From IMG/VR virus record IMGVR_UViG_3300028874_000010, positions 48,369 to 112,368 of that record: a stretch of DNA of 64,000 nucleotides. One strand, written 5' to 3'. The position numbers were made by a program, and so were the translations under genes. The notes beneath the pieces were generated by a model that made no database searches, was not told the origin of the DNA, and saw only the letters and a program-made list of their open reading frames with translations. Of the stretch, positions 31,666 through 39,648 are shown piece by piece; positions within the stretch are counted from its first letter, which is position 1; the number at the start of each line of letters is the position of its first letter. This DNA comes from a virus.

Positions 31666-31986
31666 TTAGCTTCGGAAGTAATCGAGAATTTTTTGTTTGA
31701 TTTCTTGAGTTGTTGCAGTGTAATGAAATGTAGCGAGTTCATCACCCTTGTCATCGAGAATCGTCATGAATTGCTTTGAACGGCCTTGATGATGGACGTA
31801 AAACTTAATTCGCTTACCCATACATCGCATATACACCACAGATCGACCAACCTCGATAGTGGACATTCGTTTCAAATCTTGATCTTCAAACAAAGCTTTT
31901 GCATGTTCAAAGAATAAAGAAGAAGACCAACCACCAGCTTGAAGATACTCATCGATTGATTTTGTGAGTTGCATGAGAATTTTCAC
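31666..31986 (-). CDS. hypothetical protein
   Basis: Paralogous to the 27788-27985 fragment. Confidence 0.6.
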   Translation of the reverse strand: MKILMQLTKSIDEYLQAGGWSSSLFFEHAKALFEDQDLKRMSTIEVGRSVVYMRCMGKRIKFYVHHQGRSKQFMTILDDKGDELATFHYTATTQEIKQKILDYFRS

Positions 31987-32046
31987 CTCTAGTACAATAA
32001 GTTAAGTTAATTGTACCACATTCTGTGAAAAGTGTAAAACTATAAT

Positions 32047-32124
32047 TGGTACCCAATCTCGGATTCGAACCGAGAACATTAAGCTTTTGAAGCTTACGCG
32101 TCTACCAGATTGCGCCAATTGGGC
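32047..32124 (-). tRNA. tRNA-Leu(CAA), short variable loop
   Basis: TAAGC-TTCAAAA-GCTTA, Leu-type D arm, A73, CCA. Confidence 0.88.
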
Positions 32125-32215
32125 AGTGTAATACGAAAAATTATTTCAATTCTTTAGAAGTCCCAACCAATAGAATTGGCTTATGTAATTATTCATGAAA
32201 TTAATTTGGCAGCGG

Positions 32216-32304
32216 AGGAAGATATGGGATTCGAACCCATGGGCCACCATAAGGCGACCTCCTGTTTAGCAAACAGGTATAATTAACCGCTCTACCAATC
32301 TTCC
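32216..32304 (-). tRNA. tRNA-Ser(GCT); CCA not fully encoded
   Basis: CCTGT-TTGCTAA-ACAGG, long variable arm. Confidence 0.9.
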
Positions 32305-32308
32305 TTTG

Positions 32309-32950
32309 TTACTTCTTTTTCATAGCTAGTAATACATATCTGGTTGAATCTTTAGCTGACTTTGCTGGAGTCTTCCAAATCTTTTCATCTGTAATATTCT
32401 TGCCATCATATTTCAATGGACTTCCGGAATCATCAAGGATTACATTTCCGTTGTCAATCACGTATACATCAAATTTATCACCAGAGAACCTCGCTAACTT
32501 TTCCCACAACTTCCTACCACCAATATATTGAGTGTGATCAGAAATCAAAACAAAACCATATTCGACTAAACTTAAATACAAATTGTAGCCGAAGCCATTG
32601 GCTTTTTCTTTACTGTATACTTCAACTACATCTACTTGAAGTACATTCTTAGAAGTTAAAATTTCTTCATCATAAGACAAATCCAGCTTACTTTTAAATT
32701 CTAATTTTCCAATTAGGTTAAGGCCGATTTTTTTATCTTCCTTACGAACAGATAATATGCCAATTACAGCAAAGCTTTTATCTTTTTTCAGGATAGACCA
32801 TACTTCTTCATCATTGACTTTGACCTTCCCGATACTATCAAAATCTCGTTTGATAGTATCTTCAGAATAAAATCGCATAGTACCAGACATTACAACAGGC
32901 ATTTCTTTGTCGATAAATTCTGGCATTTCAAATAGCTCTTCTATTTTCAT
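32309..32950 (-). CDS. putative virion-packaged GNAT-like protein
   Basis: MKIEELFEMP; paralog of 24472. Confidence 0.55.
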   Translation of the reverse strand: MKIEELFEMPEFIDKEMPVVMSGTMRFYSEDTIKRDFDSIGKVKVNDEEVWSILKKDKSFAVIGILSVRKEDKKIGLNLIGKLEFKSKLDLSYDEEILTSKNVLQVDVVEVYSKEKANGFGYNLYLSLVEYGFVLISDHTQYIGGRKLWEKLARFSGDKFDVYVIDNGNVILDDSGSPLKYDGKNITDEKIWKTPAKSAKDSTRYVLLAMKKK

Positions 32951-32954
32951 AATC

Positions 32955-33395
32955 TTATAGTTTCTTGGTTTCAGACAATAGAAGTTTATCAATATAAATC
33001 ACAACTTCTTGTTCATCACCATAACCTTCTTCTAATTCTTGATCGGCTAATTTATGTAATTCTTCAGGAGTGAATTCATTTACACCTTTAACAAATTCCA
33101 ACCAATCTTCTTTATCCATCCCAGTCACATGGACTAATAATGAATTTTTTTCAAGCCAATCAAGATTGTATTCGACCTTCACAATCTTAGCGTGTCGTTT
33201 CAATAATTTTTTGACATTAAGCTCTAATAAAATATTGCCGAAATCTTCTGTCTGATTTGCTTCTTTATCTGGAGTCGCACACAATGTACCGCGTTTAAAA
33301 GTCAATTCTCCTGTACTAGTTAATGTATGATATTGAGCATCACCCATGCGATGGTACAATTTAGTATACGGCGAAGCAAGTTCATATAATTTCAT
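32955..33395 (-). CDS. hypothetical protein
   Basis: MKLYEL start; LYH..EQEVVI is weakly reminiscent of ADP-ribosyltransferase folds (unverified). Confidence 0.55.
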   Translation of the reverse strand: MKLYELASPYTKLYHRMGDAQYHTLTSTGELTFKRGTLCATPDKEANQTEDFGNILLELNVKKLLKRHAKIVKVEYNLDWLEKNSLLVHVTGMDKEDWLEFVKGVNEFTPEELHKLADQELEEGYGDEQEVVIYIDKLLLSETKKL

Positions 33396-33429
33396 TTTAT
33401 ACATCTGATTTCATTTTATTGATATGAAC

Positions 33430-33524
33430 TGGCGGAGGACCGGGGTCTCGAACCCCGACGTCTTATTAGGGACACACTACGTTCGAAGTAGTTTCCGCTA
33501 GGCCAAAACTCGGATAAGTCCTCC
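33430..33524 (-). tRNA. tRNA-Ser(CGA), atypical D arm
   Basis: ACTAC-TTCGAAC-GTAGT, variable arm, G73-CCA. Confidence 0.82.
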
Positions 33525-33529
33525 AATCT

Positions 33530-33787
33530 TTAATCTTCAATGAAAATCGTAAGGTCATCACTGCTCCAATCGAAATTCAAAAGCTCGACTTTATACTTCT
33601 TAGCCAATGTCCTTGCATCGGCTTCAAATGCATCCATATCATGTTCAGCAGCTTGGTTAGTGAGATATAGCTTAATTTCATCGTCACTGGTTTCAGCTGT
33701 ATCGGCTGGGATATGATGCTTCTTTGCTAACTCTTCAAGAGCCACAACAAAACTCTTTTTACCTTCAAAAATCTCTGCTATTTTCAT
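33530..33787 (-). CDS. small acidic late protein
   Basis: MKIAEIFEG; AAGGA RBS; ATAAATA upstream. Confidence 0.6.
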   Translation of the reverse strand: MKIAEIFEGKKSFVVALEELAKKHHIPADTAETSDDEIKLYLTNQAAEHDMDAFEADARTLAKKYKVELLNFDWSSDDLTIFIED

Positions 33788-33847
33788 TACTATCCTTGAA
33801 ATAAATGGTTACTTTATTTATCTCCATTCTATCATAAAAACAAGGTA

Positions 33848-33924
33848 TGGTCCCCATCCTCAGCTTCGAACTGAGAACATTATCCTTTTAAGGGATACGC
33901 GTCTTCCAATTGCGCCAGATGGGG
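33848..33924 (-). tRNA. tRNA-Leu(TAA), short variable loop
   Basis: TATCC-CTTAAAA-GGATA, A73, CCA. Confidence 0.88.
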
Positions 33925-33925
33925 A

Positions 33926-34017
33926 TGGAGGAAAAGATGGGATTCGAACCCATGGACCCACTTTCGCGAGCCGTTAGTTTTCAAGACTAATGCAATAACC
34001 CGCTCTGCCACTCTTCC
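33926..34017 (-). tRNA. tRNA-Ser(TGA)
   Basis: TTAGT-CTTGAAA-ACTAA, long variable arm, CCA. Confidence 0.92.
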
Positions 34018-34142
34018 ATTTGTTATAATAAATACCGTCTATGACGGCACCTCACTTCTATTCACTGCAGCTATCACTTATGAAGGCCTTGGTGAAATGT
34101 ATAAAGAGTTTTTGAAGTAATATCAATACTTCATAAAACATT

Positions 34143-34228
34143 TGGTGCACGTTATAGGATTCGAACCTATTCAGGCACAAGGCCCACGCGTTTACAGCGC
34201 GCTTATCTCTCCAGAGGATTGAACGTAC
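34143..34228 (-). tRNA. tRNA-Tyr(GTA), atypical D arm
   Basis: GCGCG-CTGTAAA-CGCGT, variable arm, ACCA. Confidence 0.82.
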
Positions 34229-34238
34229 ATTATAAAAC

Positions 34239-34265
34239 TGGTGGACCACCTAGGTAACGATCCTT
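34239..34265 (-). pseudogene. tRNA 3' fragment (T arm + acceptor strand + CCA only)
   Basis: AGGATCGTTACCTAGGTGGTCCACCA with no 5' half. Confidence 0.55.
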
Positions 34266-34276
34266 CCATTTATTAC

Positions 34277-34366
34277 TGGTGAATGTCGATAGGAATTGAA
34301 CCTTCTTTGGCCTATTAAGGCATCAGCTTATCGGCTGACCGCGCTACCATTACGCACTACACATTC
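34277..34366 (-). tRNA. atypical tRNA (GAT in a 6-nt loop, long variable arm); possibly a pseudogene
   Basis: TCAGC-CGATAA-GCTGA; GCCT-TAAT-AGGC extra arm; ACCA. Confidence 0.55.
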
Positions 34367-34395
34367 ATTACTTCTTATCTACAACTTAGCAATTT

Positions 34396-34470
34396 TGGAG
34401 ACGCTACGGAGAATTGAACTCGCGATTTATTCCTTGAAAGGGAATTTTCCTACCTTTAGAAGATAGCGTC
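34396..34470 (-). tRNA. tRNA-Glu(TTC)
   Basis: ATTCC-CTTTCAA-GGAAT, CCA. Confidence 0.85.
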
Positions 34471-34482
34471 ATAATAAAACTT

Positions 34483-34556
34483 TGGCAGGCTTGCGGGGAA
34501 TCAAACCCCAGTCAGCGGTTTTGGAGACCGTTATGTTATCACTACACTACAAACCT
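34483..34556 (-). tRNA. tRNA-Trp(CCA)
   Basis: CTCCAAA loop, AGG 5' end, G73-CCA; D and T loops slightly degenerate. Confidence 0.82.
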
Positions 34557-34568
34557 ATTAAAACATTT

Positions 34569-34659
34569 TGGTGGGTTGGAAAGGAATTGAACCTATACAG
34601 ACTTATTGACATCGCGTCGCGTTTACAGCGCGGGGAGCTCACCAGTGCTCAGCCAACCC
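34569..34659 (-). tRNA. tRNA-Tyr(GTA)
   Basis: CGCG-CTGTAAA-CGCG, long variable region, ACCA. Confidence 0.82.
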
Positions 34660-34722
34660 ATTTACTAAGTGCATTCAGATAAAAACTCTGGCATGTATTC
34701 CTATTCCATCACATGTGCATTC

Positions 34723-34920
34723 GTAATTAATTTAAAGTTGAAGTCTACAAAATTTGTATGAGGATTCGAACCCATGTCTCCGACTTTCAAGATCGGCGCC
34801 TTACCACTTGGCCAACAAATTCAGAAATTTCAAATCTTGGCGCGTCAACACCAAGATCACTTATTCAGGTAGACTCAACTGTCGAAACAGTTGACGCTAT
34901 TTCAACTTTAAATTAACTAC
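34723..34920 (-). ncRNA. about 200-nt structured RNA containing an embedded tRNA-like domain (TGA anticodon)
   Basis: 20-bp terminal stem 34723-34742/34901-34920, internal stems, cloverleaf at 34750-34822 without CCA. Confidence 0.65.
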
Positions 34921-34923
34921 TCG

Positions 34924-35000
34924 TGGTGGCCATCCTCGGACTCGAACCGAGAACATTTACGCTCTAAACGTAACGCGTCTTCCAATTGCGCCAGACGGCC
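34924..35000 (-). tRNA. tRNA-Leu(TAG), short variable loop
   Basis: TTACG-TTTAGAG-CGTAA, A73, CCA. Confidence 0.88.
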
Positions 35001-35025
35001 AAAATATTACATTTACCGGATTCAG

Positions 35026-35060
35026 AAAACAAAAAAGGCGAATCGTTTAGGATTCGCCTT
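35026..35060 (-). terminator. intrinsic terminator (attenuator) upstream of the tRNA array
   Basis: AAGGCGAATC-CTAAAC-GATTCGCCTT-TTTTGTTTT. Confidence 0.85.
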
Positions 35061-35086
35061 GATGTTAGGATCTGAAGAGTATGTAT

Positions 35087-35185
35087 TTACATACTGTGTC
35101 CAGCTCTTACATTCAAGGCGTGTGCCCACTCATACGATAAACTCTCGTATGAATAAGACAACAGGCTGAGTGATGAACTGAACAT
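35087..35185 (-). CDS. putative attenuator leader peptide MFSSSLSLLSYSYESLSYEWAHALNVRAGHSM
   Basis: AAGGA RBS; 18 consecutive Ser/Leu/Tyr/Glu/Trp codons; its 3' part pairs with the terminator 5' arm. Confidence 0.75.
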   Translation of the reverse strand: MFSSSLSLLSYSYESLSYEWAHALNVRAGHSM

Positions 35186-35220
35186 TTTAAATCCTTAATT
35201 AGTGTTTTGTGCTACAAAAG

Positions 35221-35228
35221 TATTTATA
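35221..35228 (-). promoter_or_regulatory. T4-type late promoter TATAAATA upstream of the leader
   Basis: Exact consensus; also at 14930, 27716, 47395, 51903, 53197, 54391, 55271. Confidence 0.65.
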
Positions 35229-35310
35229 GCAGGTTTTGAATCAATATGAAGATTATATGCTGTTTTTTGATATTTTAATACTACCAAATTGTAACAACAT
35301 ATTACGAGGC

Positions 35311-35991
35311 TTATTCTAGGTATAACCAGTTTGCTACTTCGATGCTGAGTTCCATCTCTTTGACTGCAGCCGGAATATTCTTAGCTACATTGATAAGTTT
35401 TTGTAGGCTGTCTTGTTTAGTTCCAACAAATTCTGACGAAGTGAACCAATATTCTTCGGAAGCAAAGTCATCATTGGCAATCAATGCGATTGCTTCTTCA
35501 CGATTTTTAGCTTTTGGTTTCTTCATAAAGCCAAAGAACCCTTTTTGTGGTGTCATATAATAAGCGATAAGCCTATCTTGACACGTTTTTTTAGAAACTT
35601 CAATTTGTTCTAGGGCCAAAATAGATTTACTAATAACAAGTTCTTTTGGAATTAATACAAAGCCTAGTTTAGTGGAGGACATATATTTTTCTACGTTATT
35701 TTTAGGTGGGTAATCATCGAAATGATCTATATTTAATGTGAAGATGTCGGGGCACGATGGATCATATGCGGTGACCCAAACACCAAATAACTTAATATCT
35801 TCTACAACATATTCTAACAACTTTGGGCTTGGCAAAGGTAAGAGTGAGCCCATCCATTCTTCAAGGTCCTTAATTCGACTAATGAAAAATTCTCTAGTCG
35901 CAAGATCATCTTCGCAATCTATAATGATAGGATTATTAATCCCATGAGGCGCCCCTCTTGTTTTGCTAGGCCTAACTACAAATTTTGTCAT
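35311..35991 (-). CDS. hypothetical protein
   Basis: ORF, 226 aa. Confidence 0.55.
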   Translation of the reverse strand: MTKFVVRPSKTRGAPHGINNPIIIDCEDDLATREFFISRIKDLEEWMGSLLPLPSPKLLEYVVEDIKLFGVWVTAYDPSCPDIFTLNIDHFDDYPPKNNVEKYMSSTKLGFVLIPKELVISKSILALEQIEVSKKTCQDRLIAYYMTPQKGFFGFMKKPKAKNREEAIALIANDDFASEEYWFTSSEFVGTKQDSLQKLINVAKNIPAAVKEMELSIEVANWLYLE

Positions 35992-36123
35992 TGTTTTATA
36001 TTGTGCTGTACGCCGCCAGGACGTTTAGTGGTGTTTAGTGGTCTTGGATATATCCAGCTAATATCTTGATCACACTCGCGGCGTCCTGGTTATTATAGCG
36101 AGGACTATACGATTCTTTCTATG

Positions 36124-36402
36124 TTATTGCCTGGTTGCTCTTTTCAGGTACACATAAAATGGAGCTAAGAGATGGGTTGACTTTAATTTTTCAATCCACT
36201 CTGGAGTCCAGATAAAATCTGGATTTGTGTTTATGCATTTTCGCCACCCAAGCCTAACTAATTCGGCTTCCATTTCATATGACATGTGGGTGCCAAAAAT
36301 TAGTTTAAGCAAATCGCCTTGATCGAGACGTTCATATATTTCGACTTGGGCGTCAGATAAATCTGTTGCAATGGACTGAAACTCATGAGCTTGGGTATTC
36401 AT
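36124..36402 (-). CDS. hypothetical protein
   Basis: ORF in gene run. Confidence 0.5.
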   Translation of the reverse strand: MNTQAHEFQSIATDLSDAQVEIYERLDQGDLLKLIFGTHMSYEMEAELVRLGWRKCINTNPDFIWTPEWIEKLKSTHLLAPFYVYLKRATRQ

Positions 36403-36405
36403 GGT

Positions 36406-36687
36406 TTATTCTCCCGGTACATTTAAAACAGGGAGGACTGCATAGGCCTCCCAATTAGCCCACCATTGATATCGACACTGGACTTGATTTCTACCATGGC
36501 CTGAAACATAATCACCAAATTTAGTTGAATCAATTCGCCAATGATCAACATCAATTTTTGACATAGTCCCAATCATCTCACCATCAAGATAGATTTCAAA
36601 CATTTCGAGAATTGAGCAATTCCGACTAACTGGAATAGAAACAAACTTGATGTTAGTTGGAAAATCTATGTCAGGTGTCGCCATCAT
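36406..36687 (-). CDS. hypothetical protein
   Basis: ORF with AGGA RBS. Confidence 0.5.
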   Translation of the reverse strand: MMATPDIDFPTNIKFVSIPVSRNCSILEMFEIYLDGEMIGTMSKIDVDHWRIDSTKFGDYVSGHGRNQVQCRYQWWANWEAYAVLPVLNVPGE

Positions 36688-36751
36688 GGTGTCCTGAATG
36701 AAGACGTAGTTAATCTGATTATACTACCAACTCATTAAACCAATACTTGAA

Positions 36752-37267
36752 TTAGCGTCGTTTACTAAACCCACCGTAACTGGCTGTTGGCCGTGGCGCC
36801 GAAAAACTTGTAGGACGTGGTGCTACATAACTTGGCTTTGGAGGGATATACATCGAGGTCGATGGCCGCACTGGTACTGCAATAATAGGAGCCGGATGAT
36901 TGTGAACATTGATGATTGTCCGATTATCATGGTAACTTCCAGAACCACCATAATATCCATTATTCATTGGATGTGCGAGCATTCCAATTGCAACACCGGT
37001 TGCAAGAGCTGCGCCAGAATTATCAACCACTACTGGTTGTTGAACAATAACTGGAGATGATTGATACACTTGTTGAGGTTGTTGATATTGCGGTTGTTGA
37101 ACTTGTTGAGCGATTTGGCTTTGCGGGACCATAACGCAATTAGCGTTTCCATTTTGGTCTTGGCCACATTGCTGAACCATCGGTTGTTGATACGCTTGTT
37201 GCTGATGATTATTACACGCGGCCAAAGCAAAAGTTGCAACAATAGCTAATGCAAATTTGTAATTCAT
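36752..37267 (-). CDS. Gln/Pro-rich lipoprotein
   Basis: LAAC lipobox; low-complexity body. Confidence 0.7.
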   Translation of the reverse strand: MNYKFALAIVATFALAACNNHQQQAYQQPMVQQCGQDQNGNANCVMVPQSQIAQQVQQPQYQQPQQVYQSSPVIVQQPVVVDNSGAALATGVAIGMLAHPMNNGYYGGSGSYHDNRTIINVHNHPAPIIAVPVRPSTSMYIPPKPSYVAPRPTSFSAPRPTASYGGFSKRR

Positions 37268-37341
37268 TATGTTTCCTTTTATTTGTGTAGAAGCATTTTA
37301 TAATAAATCCTATCGAGATATCCTGGATATTACCAAATCGA

Positions 37342-37749
37342 TTATTGGAATAGCTTAGATCCTTCTGGAGTATTATGTTCATCACATAATACACGAATCC
37401 AGCCAGTCGGTGCGCTAGATATACCCGGAACTCCACAAACCTCGCAGGCCACACCAGATTTGATTTCTGCTATACTAACAAATTCACTTATTTGATCTGA
37501 ACAATTTTGGTCTGATCCTTCATATTGATAATATACACGAAGACACCCAAATTTTTCTTTGATCTGATGCCATGTAAAATTGCTATCATTGGTCTTACTT
37601 TTATTTAAAGCCCCTTGGATAGACTCACATAATTCTTCAAATAATCCAAGCCAACCAGGCCCAATACCTAAATAGGCTCTAGAAGTAAATTGGTTAGGAT
37701 ATTTTTGTTTTATTTCAAGTTCTTTATTTCTAAATTCTTCATTAATCAT
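37342..37749 (-). CDS. conserved phage protein
   Basis: GW..L...QIKEKFG.LRVY...CEVCG.PG..GWIRVLC..H. Confidence 0.7.
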   Translation of the reverse strand: MINEEFRNKELEIKQKYPNQFTSRAYLGIGPGWLGLFEELCESIQGALNKSKTNDSNFTWHQIKEKFGCLRVYYQYEGSDQNCSDQISEFVSIAEIKSGVACEVCGVPGISSAPTGWIRVLCDEHNTPEGSKLFQ

Positions 37750-37750
37750 T

Positions 37751-38119
37751 TTATTTTTTACTTCTAAAATATGATGTCAAGTACCCATTAATATTTAAGG
37801 CGCCAGCGGGATTACTTGAATGAACACTCCAAGTAAAATTATTTGGCAGTTCATGAAGGCCATCCAATTCACCATCAACTAGCCACTTAGCGAAATCATA
37901 TCCGGATTTCGCTTCTTGACCGAGATCTGTGATCAAACCTTCGGGACCCGGTTGAAGCATATCCCACCCCAAATCATGATCGAATGCAACATGCAATGGC
38001 GGGCCGTAATTTTTACAGAACATAACGGCTTCATCAAAACTTCTAGCGACTAGATATTTCCGGCCATCATTAACATATTCCGGATTTCGTATGTCGTCAA
38101 TAAATAAATTCCAGTTCAA
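37751..38119 (-). CDS. cyclic-phosphate-processing receiver-domain protein
   Basis: LFIDDIRNP, FDHDLG, SGYDFAKWL, VHSSNPAG; probable TTG start. Confidence 0.7.
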   Translation of the reverse strand: MNWNLFIDDIRNPEYVNDGRKYLVARSFDEAVMFCKNYGPPLHVAFDHDLGWDMLQPGPEGLITDLGQEAKSGYDFAKWLVDGELDGLHELPNNFTWSVHSSNPAGALNINGYLTSYFRSKK

Positions 38120-38120
38120 A

Positions 38121-38360
38121 TTAGCCGCCCAATACCAAAAATGTTTTGTTGTAATGCAGTTGACCTGGCTTAATGAATCTGGAGCCACGAAGATCAGTAA
38201 ATTCGACATTGCTATCATCGCCATCAAGAATCAAATCTACAGTAGAAACAGAAGTATGCCAGTCACCGCGGTGTTCTTTGAGAACTTCCAAGATCACATC
38301 TTCCGGAAGTGTTTGAAGATATGCGATCAATTCATCACGAGTTGCTCTTTTATTTTTCAT
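38121..38360 (-). CDS. hypothetical protein
   Basis: ORF, ATGA overlap. Confidence 0.5.
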   Translation of the reverse strand: MKNKRATRDELIAYLQTLPEDVILEVLKEHRGDWHTSVSTVDLILDGDDSNVEFTDLRGSRFIKPGQLHYNKTFLVLGG

Positions 38361-38644
38361 GATTTTCCGACCCATGTCCCAGGAAGATGTAGATAAGCCA
38401 TGACGCGCTCAAAAAGAGATTCTTTAAGATCGCTGCATTCATTTTGTGTATGGAATAAAACTTCATCCATGTCCGTAGTTCTGATTGTGATCGAGAACCA
38501 CTCTCCAGTCCTATTGTCATAATTTGGATGAACATACTTAACGGCTTTAAGCTGGGACCTTGGAAAAACTTTAAGCGGGTTGTGGTACTTCTGGATATGC
38601 TCCATTAGCTTGTTAAGCTCTTCCTGTGACATTGGTCGACTCAT
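38357..38644 (-). CDS. hypothetical protein
   Basis: ORF with AAGGA RBS. Confidence 0.55.
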   Translation of the reverse strand: MSRPMSQEELNKLMEHIQKYHNPLKVFPRSQLKAVKYVHPNYDNRTGEWFSITIRTTDMDEVLFHTQNECSDLKESLFERVMAYLHLPGTWVGKS

Positions 38645-38656
38645 TTTATTTTCCTT

Positions 38657-38830
38657 TTACCGACGACGAAACCCGCCACTAATAATCACAGATGGGGCTA
38701 CGTAATACGGCGTTGCATAATATGGAGCTGCATAATATGGTGTTGCATAGACATTACCATATGGAACAGGTGCGACAACGCAACCACTCATGGTTGCTAG
38801 TAAAGCTAATGTGATTAAAATACGTTTCAA
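38657..38830 (-). CDS. small Tyr/Pro-repeat lipoprotein (57 aa)
   Basis: Not in track. MKRILITLALLATMSGCVVAPVPYGNVYATPYYAAPYYATPYYVAPSVIISGGFRRR; TTG start with AAGGA RBS. Confidence 0.65.
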   Translation of the reverse strand: MKRILITLALLATMSGCVVAPVPYGNVYATPYYAAPYYATPYYVAPSVIISGGFRRR

Positions 38831-38888
38831 AATTTAATTCCTTTGTAAGTTAATGGATCAGGCTATAATTAGCCTGATCCATTTGTCA

Positions 38889-39551
38889 TCACCAGACTCC
38901 ACCTTGGCGAATTATGGTCGGTTGATAATATGATACACGGCGAGGTGCATATGTTCTGGTATAATCTTGGGTGTATCCGCGAGGTGCACCATATGATCCC
39001 GGTTGAACATAACCTTGCGGCAATGGAGGCTGAACCGGAGTCGGAACATAAACTGGTGGCGGTGGCGCATATTGTGGTGGCTGCACATACACTTGTGGCT
39101 GAACAATATGCGGTTGCACATACACATTTGTACTGGGTGGCGGATCATCAGAAGAGTCTTCTGATGAATCCGAATCATGTTTGGCGGCCAATTCAGCATC
39201 GATTCTGGCATTCAACTTGTTCATCGCCGCATCCATTTTGTCAAACAACTCTTGTGCACTCGGGCCAGGAGGCGGTTCATATCGTTGTGGCTGATATCCA
39301 CCAATGACATTGTTAATGATCACTGGTGTCGGTGGCGCAGGCATATTGTTATTGATGACGACTACGGGTTGTTGTGCAGGCTGTTGAACTTGCACATATT
39401 GTGGCTGTTGAATCGGTTGAGCCGAAACGTATTGCTGTTGTGCCTGTGTGGTCTCTTGATCCGGATGTATTCTGGTGTAAGCTTGTTGTGGTTGAACTGC
39501 ACACCCTGACAAAATTGCGATGAATCCAAACACGGCAAATATCTTTTTCAT
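38889..39551 (-). CDS. Pro/Gln-rich lipoprotein
   Basis: LSGC lipobox; GAGGAG RBS. Confidence 0.7.
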   Translation of the reverse strand: MKKIFAVFGFIAILSGCAVQPQQAYTRIHPDQETTQAQQQYVSAQPIQQPQYVQVQQPAQQPVVVINNNMPAPPTPVIINNVIGGYQPQRYEPPPGPSAQELFDKMDAAMNKLNARIDAELAAKHDSDSSEDSSDDPPPSTNVYVQPHIVQPQVYVQPPQYAPPPPVYVPTPVQPPLPQGYVQPGSYGAPRGYTQDYTRTYAPRRVSYYQPTIIRQGGVW

Positions 39552-39648
39552 GTTTTTCTCCTCGATCGGTATGTGATCACTTTTAGTTATAATGCATAAA
39601 AGTGGACAGTTTTACTATAACACAGAAAGCTCCAACAGTAAATAACTA

